NCBI GenBank assembly: GCA_963805855.1
Contig: CAWDVW010000002.1
Span: 96,001-160,000, forward strand
DNA from: Candidatus Dadabacteria bacterium
GTDB lineage: Bacteria; Desulfobacterota_D; UBA1144; Nemesobacterales; CSP1-2
DNA: 64,000 nt
Direction of reading: 5' to 3'
Every line of letters starts with the position of its first letter. Position 1 is the first letter of the stretch. Of the stretch, positions 11,867-21,154 are shown one piece after another. The notes beneath the pieces were generated by a model. It searched no databases. It was not told the DNA's origin and saw nothing but the letters and a program-made list of their open reading frames with translations. Both the position numbers and the translations under genes were made by a program.

Positions 11867-12676
11867 TTGACAACTGACGACACTCTTATGGATCAGTGGG
11901 CGCTCATCCTTGGCGCATCAAGTGGTTTTGGTGAAGCAACGAGCCTGGAACTGGCCTCCGCTGGATTGAACATATTTGGCGTTCATCTCGACAGAAGATC
12001 CACATTACCCAAAGTAGAAGAGATAAAAAATCAAATAAAAGATATGGGAAGAAAGGCTGTTTTTTTTAACATAAATGCCGCCGATGCAGAAAAAAGAAAA
12101 GAGACAATAGACGCTATAGAAAAAAATATAAGAGAAAGCGGGGATCACAGGGGTATCAAAGTGGTTCTTCATTCGTTGGCCTTTGGCACTTTAAAATCAT
12201 ATATAGCCTCTGATCAAAAAGATATGCTGACCGACTCAAATATGAACATGACTCTAGACGTGATGGCTCACTCCCTGGTCTATTGGGTTCAGGAACTTGT
12301 TCTAAGAAATCTGGTTATGGAGGGCGGAAGGATATTCGCCATGACAAGTGCCGGAGGGCACAGGATCTGGCCTACCTACGGTGCTGTATCAGCTTCCAAG
12401 GCAGCGCTGGAATCCCACATAAGGCAGCTTGCCGTAGAGCTCGCTCCACTAAAGATAACCGCAAATGCGATCCAGGCCGGAGTGACAGAAACACCGGCCC
12501 TCAAAAAAATTCCCGGAAACGAAATAATCACGAAGCATGCCCTTCAGGTAAATCCTGGAAGAAGGCTCACAACTACGAAGGATGTCGCTCAAGCTATAGC
12601 TGCCCTGTCGGTGTCAGCCACTCATTGGATTACGGGGAATGTGATAAGAGTAGACGGTGGTGAAGACCTGATTTAA
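11867..12676 (+). CDS. SDR-family oxidoreductase, FabL-like enoyl-ACP reductase
   Basis: GASSGFG Rossmann motif, Y-x6-K (YGAVSASK), VDGGE C-terminus. Start placed at in-frame TTG 11867, 6 nt after AGGAGGA (ORF track extends to 11762). Confidence 0.8.
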   Translation: MTTDDTLMDQWALILGASSGFGEATSLELASAGLNIFGVHLDRRSTLPKVEEIKNQIKDMGRKAVFFNINAADAEKRKETIDAIEKNIRESGDHRGIKVVLHSLAFGTLKSYIASDQKDMLTDSNMNMTLDVMAHSLVYWVQELVLRNLVMEGGRIFAMTSAGGHRIWPTYGAVSASKAALESHIRQLAVELAPLKITANAIQAGVTETPALKKIPGNEIITKHALQVNPGRRLTTTKDVAQAIAALSVSATHWITGNVIRVDGGEDLI

Positions 12677-12729
12677 TTTTCAACAAACGAAACCCCCAAG
12701 GTAAAATTCATTAAAAACACTCAGTAATC

Positions 12730-14166
12730 ATGGTCAATAAGATAAGGCTCTTTAATACACTTACTGGCAACAAAGAAGATCTAGTCCCAATTGAAGATAA
12801 GAAGATCGGCATATATGTTTGCGGCCCAACAGTCTATGATTCTCCCCATCTTGGTCATGCCAGAGCTGCCGTGATGTTTGATGTCATGACAAAATTCTTA
12901 AAATTAATTGGTTATGATGTTACTTATGTAAGAAACTACACCGACGTTGATGACAAGATCATTAATAAATCGAAAGAGACGGGAATACCATCTGAAGAAA
13001 TCGCTAACACGTACATAGCTGAATACAAGGAAGCGATGGAGTCCCTTGGTGTCAGGGCTCCAAATTACGAACCAAAGGTCACCGAACACATACCTGAAAT
13101 AATCGAACTCATAAGAAAGATCATTGATGCTGGTTACGCATATAAGTCCGGGGGAGACGTATTCTTCTCGATTAAGGAATTCAAAGATTATGGAAAGCTA
13201 TCTAAACGATCCCCGGATGATATGCTCGAAGGTGTCAGGATTGATATAAACGAGCAGAAAGAGGATCCACTCGATTTCGCGCTCTGGAAAGCCGCAAAAC
13301 CCGGAGAACCATCCTGGGATAGTCCGTGGGGAAAGGGACGGCCCGGATGGCATATAGAATGTTCGACGATGAGTATGAAGTACCTGGGCAGCACCTTCGA
13401 GATACACGGGGGCGGCAAGGATCTGATTTTCCCACACCACGAGAATGAAATAGCCCAATCGGAGGCTGCGACAGGTTCGCAATTCGCTAAATATTGGTTG
13501 CACAATGGCCTGATTCAAATAAATCGAGAAAAGATGTCCAAGTCCCTCGGGAATATAATAAATGTCAAGGATGCAATAAAGAAATGGAGCAAGGAAGCGA
13601 TTAGGTTATTCTTTCTTTCACACCAATATCAAAATCCGGCGGATTTTTCCAAAAAAATCATGGACGAATCAGAGGCTGCTCTTGAAAGACTGTATCTAAC
13701 GGTTAAGCGACTGAGGGATTTGAGGAACGAAAATGATAAAAAGGATAACGAGCTGGAAGAAAAAACCGTCACATTTAAACAACAATGGATGGAAGCTATG
13801 TGCGATGATTTCAATACTGCGGAAGCGATAGGCAACCTTTTTGATTTAAGTAAAGCGATTAACAGATCCATTGACACTCATGGATGGACAAAAACATTAG
13901 ATCTAGCACTGACAGAAATCAAGAATATTGGCGGCGTTTTCGGCATCCTTGAAACTGATCCTGACGAATACCTAACGATAGAGAAACTGAGCAAGATCAA
14001 ATCGGACATAACAGAAGAGGAGATTAATAATTTAATTGAGGAAAGAGCAGAGGCAAGAAAGGATAAAGACTGGCAAAGAGCCGATGAGATCAGATCGTAT
14101 TTACTATCAAAATCAATAGTACTGGAAGACAAATCTCACGGAACAATCTGGCGAATTAAAAATTAA
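12730..14166 (+). CDS. cysS: Cysteine--tRNA ligase
   Basis: YVCGPTVY..HLGH, GRPGWHIECS, HGGG.DL.FPHHENE.AQS, KMSKS. Confidence 0.99.
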   Translation: MVNKIRLFNTLTGNKEDLVPIEDKKIGIYVCGPTVYDSPHLGHARAAVMFDVMTKFLKLIGYDVTYVRNYTDVDDKIINKSKETGIPSEEIANTYIAEYKEAMESLGVRAPNYEPKVTEHIPEIIELIRKIIDAGYAYKSGGDVFFSIKEFKDYGKLSKRSPDDMLEGVRIDINEQKEDPLDFALWKAAKPGEPSWDSPWGKGRPGWHIECSTMSMKYLGSTFEIHGGGKDLIFPHHENEIAQSEAATGSQFAKYWLHNGLIQINREKMSKSLGNIINVKDAIKKWSKEAIRLFFLSHQYQNPADFSKKIMDESEAALERLYLTVKRLRDLRNENDKKDNELEEKTVTFKQQWMEAMCDDFNTAEAIGNLFDLSKAINRSIDTHGWTKTLDLALTEIKNIGGVFGILETDPDEYLTIEKLSKIKSDITEEEINNLIEERAEARKDKDWQRADEIRSYLLSKSIVLEDKSHGTIWRIKN

Positions 14167-15131
14167 ATCCATATACCCATATACTCAAGGCTTCTCTTAA
14201 AATTAATAGGAGTTTCGGTTTCTCCCCTACAACTGTACCAGCAAGCGGTACATTTTGTTTTATCATACAGCCCAGGGCGATATTCACTATAGTGTGCGGT
14301 AACAGGCATCTCCGAGCAACGTTTCAGGTGGCCACTTGGCGTTACCTGAATCATATTAATCCCGGCAAAGCAGTTAGGAACACCACCCCTCTGAAAATAA
14401 TCAGGTATCTCTCGCAAATAATCTTCCGTGGAAAGAATCGTACCCTTCCATTTTCGTCTAAGGCCAATGATTTCTTCAACAACTGCTCTCACCCTCTCCG
14501 CTTCCTCTCCCTTAACGAAATGAGATGAGTTGTTCGTTTTCATGACAGAATAAGAACTGAATGAAACGCATATACCCCACTGCCTCGCTCTATGGGCTAT
14601 ATCAACAACCTTGTCCAGATTATCATTCATGATGATCGTGTTCAGGGTTATCCTCTTTCTGCCAAACGCTGTGCCAAGCTGTGGTAGCAGTGTCGAAACA
14701 TGATTCCATAGTCCGGGTATCCCCCTGTATTGGTCATGTGTTTCTCCAGGAAAGTCAAGGGAGACAGCAATCTGGTTGATACCTGCATCAAAAAGTTGTT
14801 TGGCCTTTTCATAGTCCAGAAGATCACCCTTTGTGACCATAGATACGAATACACAGGAGGAAGCTTTTTTTATCTGCTTTACTATATCAGGAAGATCTTT
14901 CCTCAGCATCGGCTCACCACCGGTAATAACCGTCACAAGGGGATTTAATTTCCTGATAACAGGCGTATAATCCGTGAGCCTTACCTCGTGTTTGGTTTGC
15001 CAGTAATCACAAAAGTCACAGCGGGCATTACAAAGCTTCGTTACTTCCAAGTTGACCAGCTTTGGTCTCTTCGTAACCCTATTGTATATTAACTTCCCCC
15101 CACCTAGAGCAATTTGACGGAATGTGAGCAT
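14163..15131 (-). CDS. Radical SAM protein with C-terminal Cys-rich (twitch/SPASM-like) extension
   Basis: CNARCDFC motif, TGGEP, C-terminal CFAG..RC..CTACWYSC; its stop shares TTAA with the convergent cysS stop. Confidence 0.88.
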   Translation of the reverse strand: MLTFRQIALGGGKLIYNRVTKRPKLVNLEVTKLCNARCDFCDYWQTKHEVRLTDYTPVIRKLNPLVTVITGGEPMLRKDLPDIVKQIKKASSCVFVSMVTKGDLLDYEKAKQLFDAGINQIAVSLDFPGETHDQYRGIPGLWNHVSTLLPQLGTAFGRKRITLNTIIMNDNLDKVVDIAHRARQWGICVSFSSYSVMKTNNSSHFVKGEEAERVRAVVEEIIGLRRKWKGTILSTEDYLREIPDYFQRGGVPNCFAGINMIQVTPSGHLKRCSEMPVTAHYSEYRPGLYDKTKCTACWYSCRGETETPINFKRSLEYMGIWI

Positions 15132-15309
15132 CGAGAGATTATATACCTACACTGAATAACTAATCAAGTGCTGTGAAAAATTAGTCTACTGTAAGTTGCT
15201 TATTGACTTAGCTATAATATTTTAGTTTAATTTGTACCAGTTGCTATTTACGCACGCTTTCTGGATTCTTAAACAGTGTTGAATTGCACATCTAAAAAGG
15301 AGTAAAAAA

Positions 15310-15594
15310 ATGTCAAAGAAGACGATAACCGTCGAAATGTACCAATGCGATCATCTAGATGAAAAAGGCAACAGGTGCGTGAACGAAGGCGAGAGGCAGG
15401 CAATTAAAGAATGTGCCATGTGTAAGAAAGACCTGTGCAGTAGGCATTATGAGATGCTAACGGTCTCCAGGATGGGAGGGAGAACCGCACTATCTTATTT
15501 TTTCTGCAGTGATCATGCGCAAGAATTTATCAAAACACTGGCAAAAACATTTGGAGACACGAGCCCCGTTCCATATGCCGGCATGGCTAAATAA
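15310..15594 (+). CDS. Small Cys/His-rich putative zinc-binding protein
   Basis: AAGGAG RBS; 94 aa with CDH..C, CAMC, CSRH, CSDH. Confidence 0.7.
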   Translation: MSKKTITVEMYQCDHLDEKGNRCVNEGERQAIKECAMCKKDLCSRHYEMLTVSRMGGRTALSYFFCSDHAQEFIKTLAKTFGDTSPVPYAGMAK

Positions 15595-15852
15595 GAAAAC
15601 TATTTACGCACTGGTCAACCATAATATTTCCCTTTAAAAAACAGGTAACGATTTACGACAGAGCCGTGACTGTCCTTTCAGCCCTGGCAATTTAGCCAAC
15701 CAGGGATTGGGATGGGGTACCAATCAAGGAAATATTTGAGAGTGATTAGATGTTATTAGCAATGATATTGTTATAATTCCTTGTGAACTTTTTCGTTTGC
15801 TCACCGATTCAAAAGCGTTAACTTAATAATTCCCCCGTAGCTTAAAGGGTAT

Positions 15853-16001
15853 CTGGATTCCCAGTAATAATCCACCCGAACGACAAGAGGGGCCAGCAAT
15901 GACTGCTCAATGGGAATGACATTGGCGTGTCATCCCCGAGTTCAGTAATCGGGGATCCAGAAACAAAAACTGGATTCCCGCCAAGAGTCCGCGGGAATGA
16001 C
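15853..16001. repeat. Cluster of GTCATYCC../GGATTCCC..GGGAATGAC palindromic (dRS3/RPE-like) repeats
   Basis: GTCATCCCCGA..TCGGGGATCCAG (15929-15960) followed by CTGGATTCCCGC..GCGGGAATGAC (15970-16001); related copy at 27587-27618. Confidence 0.75.
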
Positions 16002-16211
16002 GTGAGAGACTCATTACCTGGGTATTTATTCGAGGAATAATTTTGTAATCATTGATATGTATTTATGTGGGATTATACTGATCTTGTAAGCGTAAAAAAA
16101 CAGAAACTCGGATAGTACTTCAAGTTTAGTGCTAAAGGATTTACTAAAAATAGGGACGAAGATTCTTCTTTATCCTATCATCACACCGAATATCAGAGAA
16201 GAAATAGTTAT

Positions 16212-16706
16212 ATGGTAGAGAAATGTGTTTTTTATTCTTCAAGTGAAGAAGAAACAATTAAAATAGGTGAGGAGCTAGGAAAATCACTCAAGCCCGGTAC
16301 TATTATTGGTTTAAACGGTGAACTTGGAACCGGAAAGACAGTTTTCGTAAAGGGGATTGCTAGAGGGTTGAATACACAGGAAGAACCTAACAGCCCAACC
16401 TTTGTTATTATGAACAAGTATGAAGGAAGGATACCTCTTTACCACTTTGACCTTTACAGGATTTCCTCAGCAGAAGAACTCGAGGGAATAGGCTATGAGG
16501 ATTACTTCTATGGAAATGGTGTAACGGTTGTAGAATGGTCAGATCGAGTGAAGGAAATTTTTCCAGATAGGACTATTAAAGTTGAAATAACGATTCCAGT
16601 TGAACCCGATGATAAAGCCGAGACTATAAGAAAGATTAATATTGAAGGTAAGGATATATGGCTCTCATCGTTCAAAAATACGGTGGAACAAGCGTCGCGA
16701 CTGTAG
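16212..16706 (+). CDS. tsaE: tRNA threonylcarbamoyladenosine biosynthesis ATPase TsaE
   Basis: GELGTGKT, SPTF, HFDLYR, VVEW. Confidence 0.96.
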   Translation: MVEKCVFYSSSEEETIKIGEELGKSLKPGTIIGLNGELGTGKTVFVKGIARGLNTQEEPNSPTFVIMNKYEGRIPLYHFDLYRISSAEELEGIGYEDYFYGNGVTVVEWSDRVKEIFPDRTIKVEITIPVEPDDKAETIRKINIEGKDIWLSSFKNTVEQASRL

Positions 16707-17881
16707 ATAAAATAAGGCGAGTCGCTAAGCACATCATAAATTCCAGGGAAAAAGGCGATGATATTCTCGTTGTGGTATCTGCTATGGCAGGTGAAACCAA
16801 TAGATTGATAGAGCTTTCCAAATCGATCATGGACCCACCTGACGAGAGGGAATTAGACGTAATCACATCGAGTGGTGAGCAGGTATCTTCAGGATTATTG
16901 ACAATGATGATAAAATCTATGGGATATAACGCTATTTCGTTTCAAGGGCACCAGGTAAGGATTATAACAGATAATGCACATTCGAAAGCTAGAATAGTAA
17001 GGATAGATGACGAAAAGATAAAGAAGGCACTCGGCGAGGGCAAGATAATTGTGGTTGCCGGATTTCAAGGCGTAGAGGAAGAAGGCAACGTAACTACGCT
17101 TGGAAGGGGGGGGTCGGACCTAACAGCGGTCGCCCTTGCCGCGGTACTAAATGCTAGTTGTGAACTTTATAAAGATGACGTGGACGGAATTTATACTATC
17201 GATCCTGGGATTTGTGAGAATGCTAGAAAACTAGAGAAGATATCTTATGACGAAATGTTAGAAATGTCGAGCTTAGGTTCCAAAGTGCTCCAAGCTAGAG
17301 CAGTGGAGTTTGCGAAGAAATACTATGTGCCTATCCATGTACGTTCTACGGCCAAACCGGACGAGAAAGGAACCTGGGTTATAGAGGAGAAAGAAATGGC
17401 GGAACTGGAAAAAATCGTTATATCTGGTGTAACCTATGATAAGGATCAAGCGAAGATTACAATAATTCATGTCTCTGATCAGCCGGGTATCGCAGCTAAG
17501 TTATTCAATCCTCTTGCCGACGAAGGCATATTGGTAGATATGATTGTACAAAACGTAAGCACCGAGGGATATACAGATATGACCTTCACGGTCCCCAGGA
17601 CGGATTTCAAGAAAGCCATAAGAATTACCCAAGGCGTAGCAAATGAATTAGGTGCCAAGGCAGTAACATCTGATGATAAAATTGCCAAGATATCCTTAGT
17701 AGGAGTGGGTATGAAATCCCACTCAGGTATTGCATCAAGGATGTTCACTGTACTTGCAAGGGCAGGAATAAACATTATGATGATAAGTACGTCTGAGATA
17801 AAGATTTCTTGTGTTCTCAATGAGAAATTTACTGAACTTGCTGTACGCGCACTTCATGATGAGTTTGAATTGGGAGATTGA
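16658..17881 (+). CDS. lysC: Aspartate kinase
   Basis: VQKYGGTS, VVSAM, TLGRGGSD, two C-terminal ACT domains (STSEIKIS). Confidence 0.97.
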   Translation: MALIVQKYGGTSVATVDKIRRVAKHIINSREKGDDILVVVSAMAGETNRLIELSKSIMDPPDERELDVITSSGEQVSSGLLTMMIKSMGYNAISFQGHQVRIITDNAHSKARIVRIDDEKIKKALGEGKIIVVAGFQGVEEEGNVTTLGRGGSDLTAVALAAVLNASCELYKDDVDGIYTIDPGICENARKLEKISYDEMLEMSSLGSKVLQARAVEFAKKYYVPIHVRSTAKPDEKGTWVIEEKEMAELEKIVISGVTYDKDQAKITIIHVSDQPGIAAKLFNPLADEGILVDMIVQNVSTEGYTDMTFTVPRTDFKKAIRITQGVANELGAKAVTSDDKIAKISLVGVGMKSHSGIASRMFTVLARAGINIMMISTSEIKISCVLNEKFTELAVRALHDEFELGD

Positions 17882-17890
17882 AGCAGGACA

Positions 17891-17954
17891 CACGATGCAC
17901 GATGCAGGATGCAGGATGCAAGATATCGATAATTCGTGAATCATGTATCGTGAT
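17891..17954. repeat. Heptamer tandem repeat (CASGATG)n followed by inverted degenerate units
   Basis: CACGATG CACGATG CAGGATG CAGGATG CAAGATA, then TCGTGAA TCATGTA TCGTGAT. Confidence 0.8.
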
Positions 17955-17975
17955 CTATTGTTTGGTAAAACGAAA

Positions 17976-19577
17976 ATGAAAGAAAGATTAGTGAAAATTT
18001 ATGATGTGACTCTAAGGGATGGTACGCAGGGAGAGAACATTTCATTTTCCATACACGACAAGATCCGGATAGCCTCCAAACTCGATGAGTTAGGAGTCCA
18101 TTTCATCGAAGGTGGTTGGCCGGGTTCGAACGAAAGGGACGAAGGCTTTTTTAAGCAGGCAAAAAAACTTCGACTCAGAAAATCGAAGATCACGGCGTTT
18201 GGTAGCACAAGGAGGGTAAATAAAAAACCAGGTGAAGATGAGAACATTCAAGCCTTACTCAAAGCTGAGACACCCGTAGTGACGATTGTGGGTAAGAGCT
18301 GGGATTTTCATGTGAAAGAGGCGTTGAGAATTACACTCAAAGAGAATTTGGATATAATTCATGACTCTATTCAGTACCTGAAAAAAAGAGTAGATGAAGT
18401 CTTCTTCGACGCAGAGCATTTTTTTGACGGGTATAAAAAGAATTCAAAATATGCTCTAGAAGCCATTGAGTCGGCTATAGACGCCGGGGCAGATGTTGTG
18501 GTTCTGTGTGATACAAACGGAGGAACACTTCCCTGGGAGATAGAATCAACCGTTAGGGTTGTGAATGCACAACTTCAAAATCCTCCTCTAGGCATACATA
18601 CACATAACGATGGTGAGTTAGGTGTTGCAAACACGCTCTACGCAGTTAGAGAAGGCGTTAATCAGGTTCAGGGCACTATAAATGGATATGGCGAGAGATG
18701 CGGCAACGCTAACCTATGTTCAATCATCCCGAACCTGAAGCTAAAGCTTGGCATAAAGTGCTTGGGCGACGACGAACTTAAGAAAGTTTACGAGGTATCA
18801 CACTTTATTCACGAACTTACGAATCTCCCCCCAATCAAACATCGTCCATTTGTCGGTGAAAGCGCCTTTGCTCACAAGGGAGGACTCCACGTCAGTGCAG
18901 TCATGAAAAGCGCAGAAACGTATGAGCATATAAACCCTGAGATTCTCGGCAACAGGAGGCGTGTGCTTGTCTCTGATCTTTCAGGTAGGAGCAATATAAT
19001 ATACAAGGCCAAAGAGCTTGGAATTGACTTAGACCCGGGTGATAAAGGTGTACACAAGATACTTTCCGAGCTGAAGAAGTTAGAAAATCAAGGATACGAA
19101 TTTGAGGGCGCGGATGCGTCTTTTGAATTGCTAATAAGGAAGACACTCGGTCAATACAGGAAACACTTTGAGCTCAATGGCGCCAGAATAATAGTAGAAA
19201 AGCACCGAGACGATGAGGAGCCAATCTCAGAGGCCACTGTGATGGTGCAGGTCGACGGAATAACCGAGCACACCGCAGCTATCGGGAACGGTCCTGTAAA
19301 TGCCCTCGATAACGCTCTTCGAAAAGCCCTTGAGAAGTTCTATCCCGTATTAAAGGATGTGAAACTGAAAGACTATCGCGTAAGAGTAGTTTCAAGCCAG
19401 AAAGGGACAGACGCCGTAGTAAGGGTCTTAATTGAATCCGGTGACGGAGAAAGCGATTGGAGCACAGTCGGTGTTTCAGAAAATATAGTTGAAGCAAGCT
19501 GGAAGGCCATGGTCGACAGCATCGATTATAAGCTGTTTAAGGAAGAGGCGAGAAAGACCAAAAAAGCCAGAGGGTGA
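17976..19577 (+). CDS. cimA: Citramalate synthase (LeuA/CimA family)
   Basis: [62 protein letters not shown]. Start at the second Met because the ORF-track start lies inside the heptamer repeat. Confidence 0.92.
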   Translation: MKERLVKIYDVTLRDGTQGENISFSIHDKIRIASKLDELGVHFIEGGWPGSNERDEGFFKQAKKLRLRKSKITAFGSTRRVNKKPGEDENIQALLKAETPVVTIVGKSWDFHVKEALRITLKENLDIIHDSIQYLKKRVDEVFFDAEHFFDGYKKNSKYALEAIESAIDAGADVVVLCDTNGGTLPWEIESTVRVVNAQLQNPPLGIHTHNDGELGVANTLYAVREGVNQVQGTINGYGERCGNANLCSIIPNLKLKLGIKCLGDDELKKVYEVSHFIHELTNLPPIKHRPFVGESAFAHKGGLHVSAVMKSAETYEHINPEILGNRRRVLVSDLSGRSNIIYKAKELGIDLDPGDKGVHKILSELKKLENQGYEFEGADASFELLIRKTLGQYRKHFELNGARIIVEKHRDDEEPISEATVMVQVDGITEHTAAIGNGPVNALDNALRKALEKFYPVLKDVKLKDYRVRVVSSQKGTDAVVRVLIESGDGESDWSTVGVSENIVEASWKAMVDSIDYKLFKEEARKTKKARG

Positions 19578-19749
19578 GAATTAATCACCATACTAGAACC
19601 CGCAGCGAATCATCAAATTATAAATAGACACATCCCTAAAAAATAAAATTACCTCTATCCACACTTCGGCTTGGCCCTTCGGTTTAAGTCAAGCGCAGGT
19701 TAAGCGTGATCGGATATTGATATTTAAAAATCACGAACATATATCAAAC

Positions 19750-19811
19750 CGTGCATCCTGAGCAGAGTCGAAGGATGTTATCCCTTTTATATTTTCACGC
19801 TTCGACAGGCT
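19750..19811. repeat. REP-like palindrome (left arm plus interrupted right arm) that is the IS target; remainder at 21234-21244
   Basis: Left arm CGTGCATCCTGAGCAGAGTCGAAG is an imperfect inverse of the rejoined right arm CTTCGACAGG-CT-CAGTGTGAACG. Confidence 0.85.
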
Positions 19812-19920
19812 GTTATGTAAAAAGTCAAGGGTTATGTTAGGGAAAACTTTAACTTTGAACAAACGAATCCCTTCGTGCTTTTTTATGTAATGTATCTCAT
19901 GTGTAAATAAATCCTATCTT

Positions 19921-20061
19921 GAATCAATCTGTTATAAACAGTCAGCTGCCTCTTTGCAGTGCTGCATTAAATTCATTAAACCACTCAAACCTGTGGCCGC
20001 ACTCTCAGTAAAACATTTTCTTTGCAGCCAGTCGATAGCGGTCCACACTTTATTGTTTGAG
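19921..20061 (-). ncRNA. Predicted bridge/seek RNA of the IS110-family element
   Basis: Two stem-loops on the minus strand. Loop 1 carries TCGACTGGCT and ACTGAG, matching the target flanks. Loop 2 carries ATAACAG, complementary to the element end. Transcript ends are unknown. Confidence 0.82.
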
Positions 20062-20089
20062 ATTTCATAGATCCAGTCCCTATTACTTA

Positions 20090-21154
20090 TCAAATCAATC
20101 CATAAGCATAACTCTCCTTATTCTTCCACACGTATCTTATCCTGTTCAATAACTTCTTGGCGATCCGAACTATCGCTTTCTGCTTGGTCATCCGCCTGAT
20201 CAATTGACTAAACACATGCCCCAAAGCCGGATCTTCTCGTATCGCTACCCACGCTGCCTCTATCAGTAAGTACCGTAAATACCGGTTACGCCGAAAGCTG
20301 AGCCCCAGAGTGCTCTCCCTCTCCCCAGAACTACTTACCGATGGCACTAACCCCGCATAACTAGCAAGATCGTCTATACTCCTGAACCGACTCATATCCA
20401 TCAGTTCCCCATATAATGTCATCGCTGTTACAAAACCAACCCCTGGCACACTACGCAGATTCTTTACCTCTTCCCCAAACCCGTATTCCCGATAATACTT
20501 CCGCACCAACTTCACTACCTCTGCTAAACGCCTTCGATGACTTTCTAGCTCCTCGAGACATAGCCTAAGATAATCCCTACCCATCCCGTATGAAAACTCT
20601 AATGTCTTTAACCACCTTATAAATCCCCCAGACCAGTGACCAATCTCATCATGGCGCGGTATGACATAACCATAGAATGCTAAATACCCCTTGATCCGAT
20701 TCTTAAGCCGAGTTTGCGACTGTACCACCTTAAATCTGAGCCTGCACAATGATCGCAATTGTTGGTGAAATTCATCCGGTACATATATCCCTCTCAATGA
20801 CCCATTCTCTAGCTCTCGTGCCAGCTTACGGCTATCCACCTTGTCGGTCTTTGTCGATTTCTCCTTCTGGGTACTAGGCACATCTGCCGGATTGATTACT
20901 ATATTGTTAAACCCGTACCTCTTTAACTCCCGATCAATCCAGTACCCACAGAATCCTGCTTCATACACACTGTGATAGTTTCCTCCCGGATAACGCTTGT
21001 GCATATATCCGTACAGTTGCTCCGGTGATGGATCCATGGAGAAAGTCTTTAACTCCATGCCGTTAGTCCTGACTGTTACTTTCCAGCTCTTCTTATGCAC
21101 ATCTATGCCTAGAAAAAAATCTTGATTTGTGTAATCTATACTTTGTCTATTCAT
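20090..21154 (-). CDS. IS110-family DEDD recombinase/transposase
   Basis: GIDVHK (D), VYEAG (E), KTDKVDSRKLA (D,D) RuvC-like tetrad; SVPGVG HhH; YAGLVPSVSSSG with Tnp-domain serine; 354 aa, intact. Confidence 0.96.
   Translation of the reverse strand: MNRQSIDYTNQDFFLGIDVHKKSWKVTVRTNGMELKTFSMDPSPEQLYGYMHKRYPGGNYHSVYEAGFCGYWIDRELKRYGFNNIVINPADVPSTQKEKSTKTDKVDSRKLARELENGSLRGIYVPDEFHQQLRSLCRLRFKVVQSQTRLKNRIKGYLAFYGYVIPRHDEIGHWSGGFIRWLKTLEFSYGMGRDYLRLCLEELESHRRRLAEVVKLVRKYYREYGFGEEVKNLRSVPGVGFVTAMTLYGELMDMSRFRSIDDLASYAGLVPSVSSSGERESTLGLSFRRNRYLRYLLIEAAWVAIREDPALGHVFSQLIRRMTKQKAIVRIAKKLLNRIRYVWKNKESYAYGLI

Noticed and set aside
15651-15705. Hammerhead ribozyme on the minus strand (CTGAAAG-stem-GTAA)
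   Set aside because: Both core segments deviate from CUGANGA and GAAA, and no convincing stem III or cleavage triplet was found.
15600-16211. Lysine riboswitch upstream of tsaE-lysC
   Set aside because: No recognisable L-box conserved segments; the region is explained by repeats and an unassigned structure.
16658-16706. 49 bp tsaE/lysC overlap as a regulatory device
   Set aside because: Most simply a run-on tsaE C-terminus; lysC has its own RBS-like AAGGA and a canonical N-terminus.
17891-17954. CRISPR array
   Set aside because: Units are 7 nt with no spacers, and no cas genes lie in the window.
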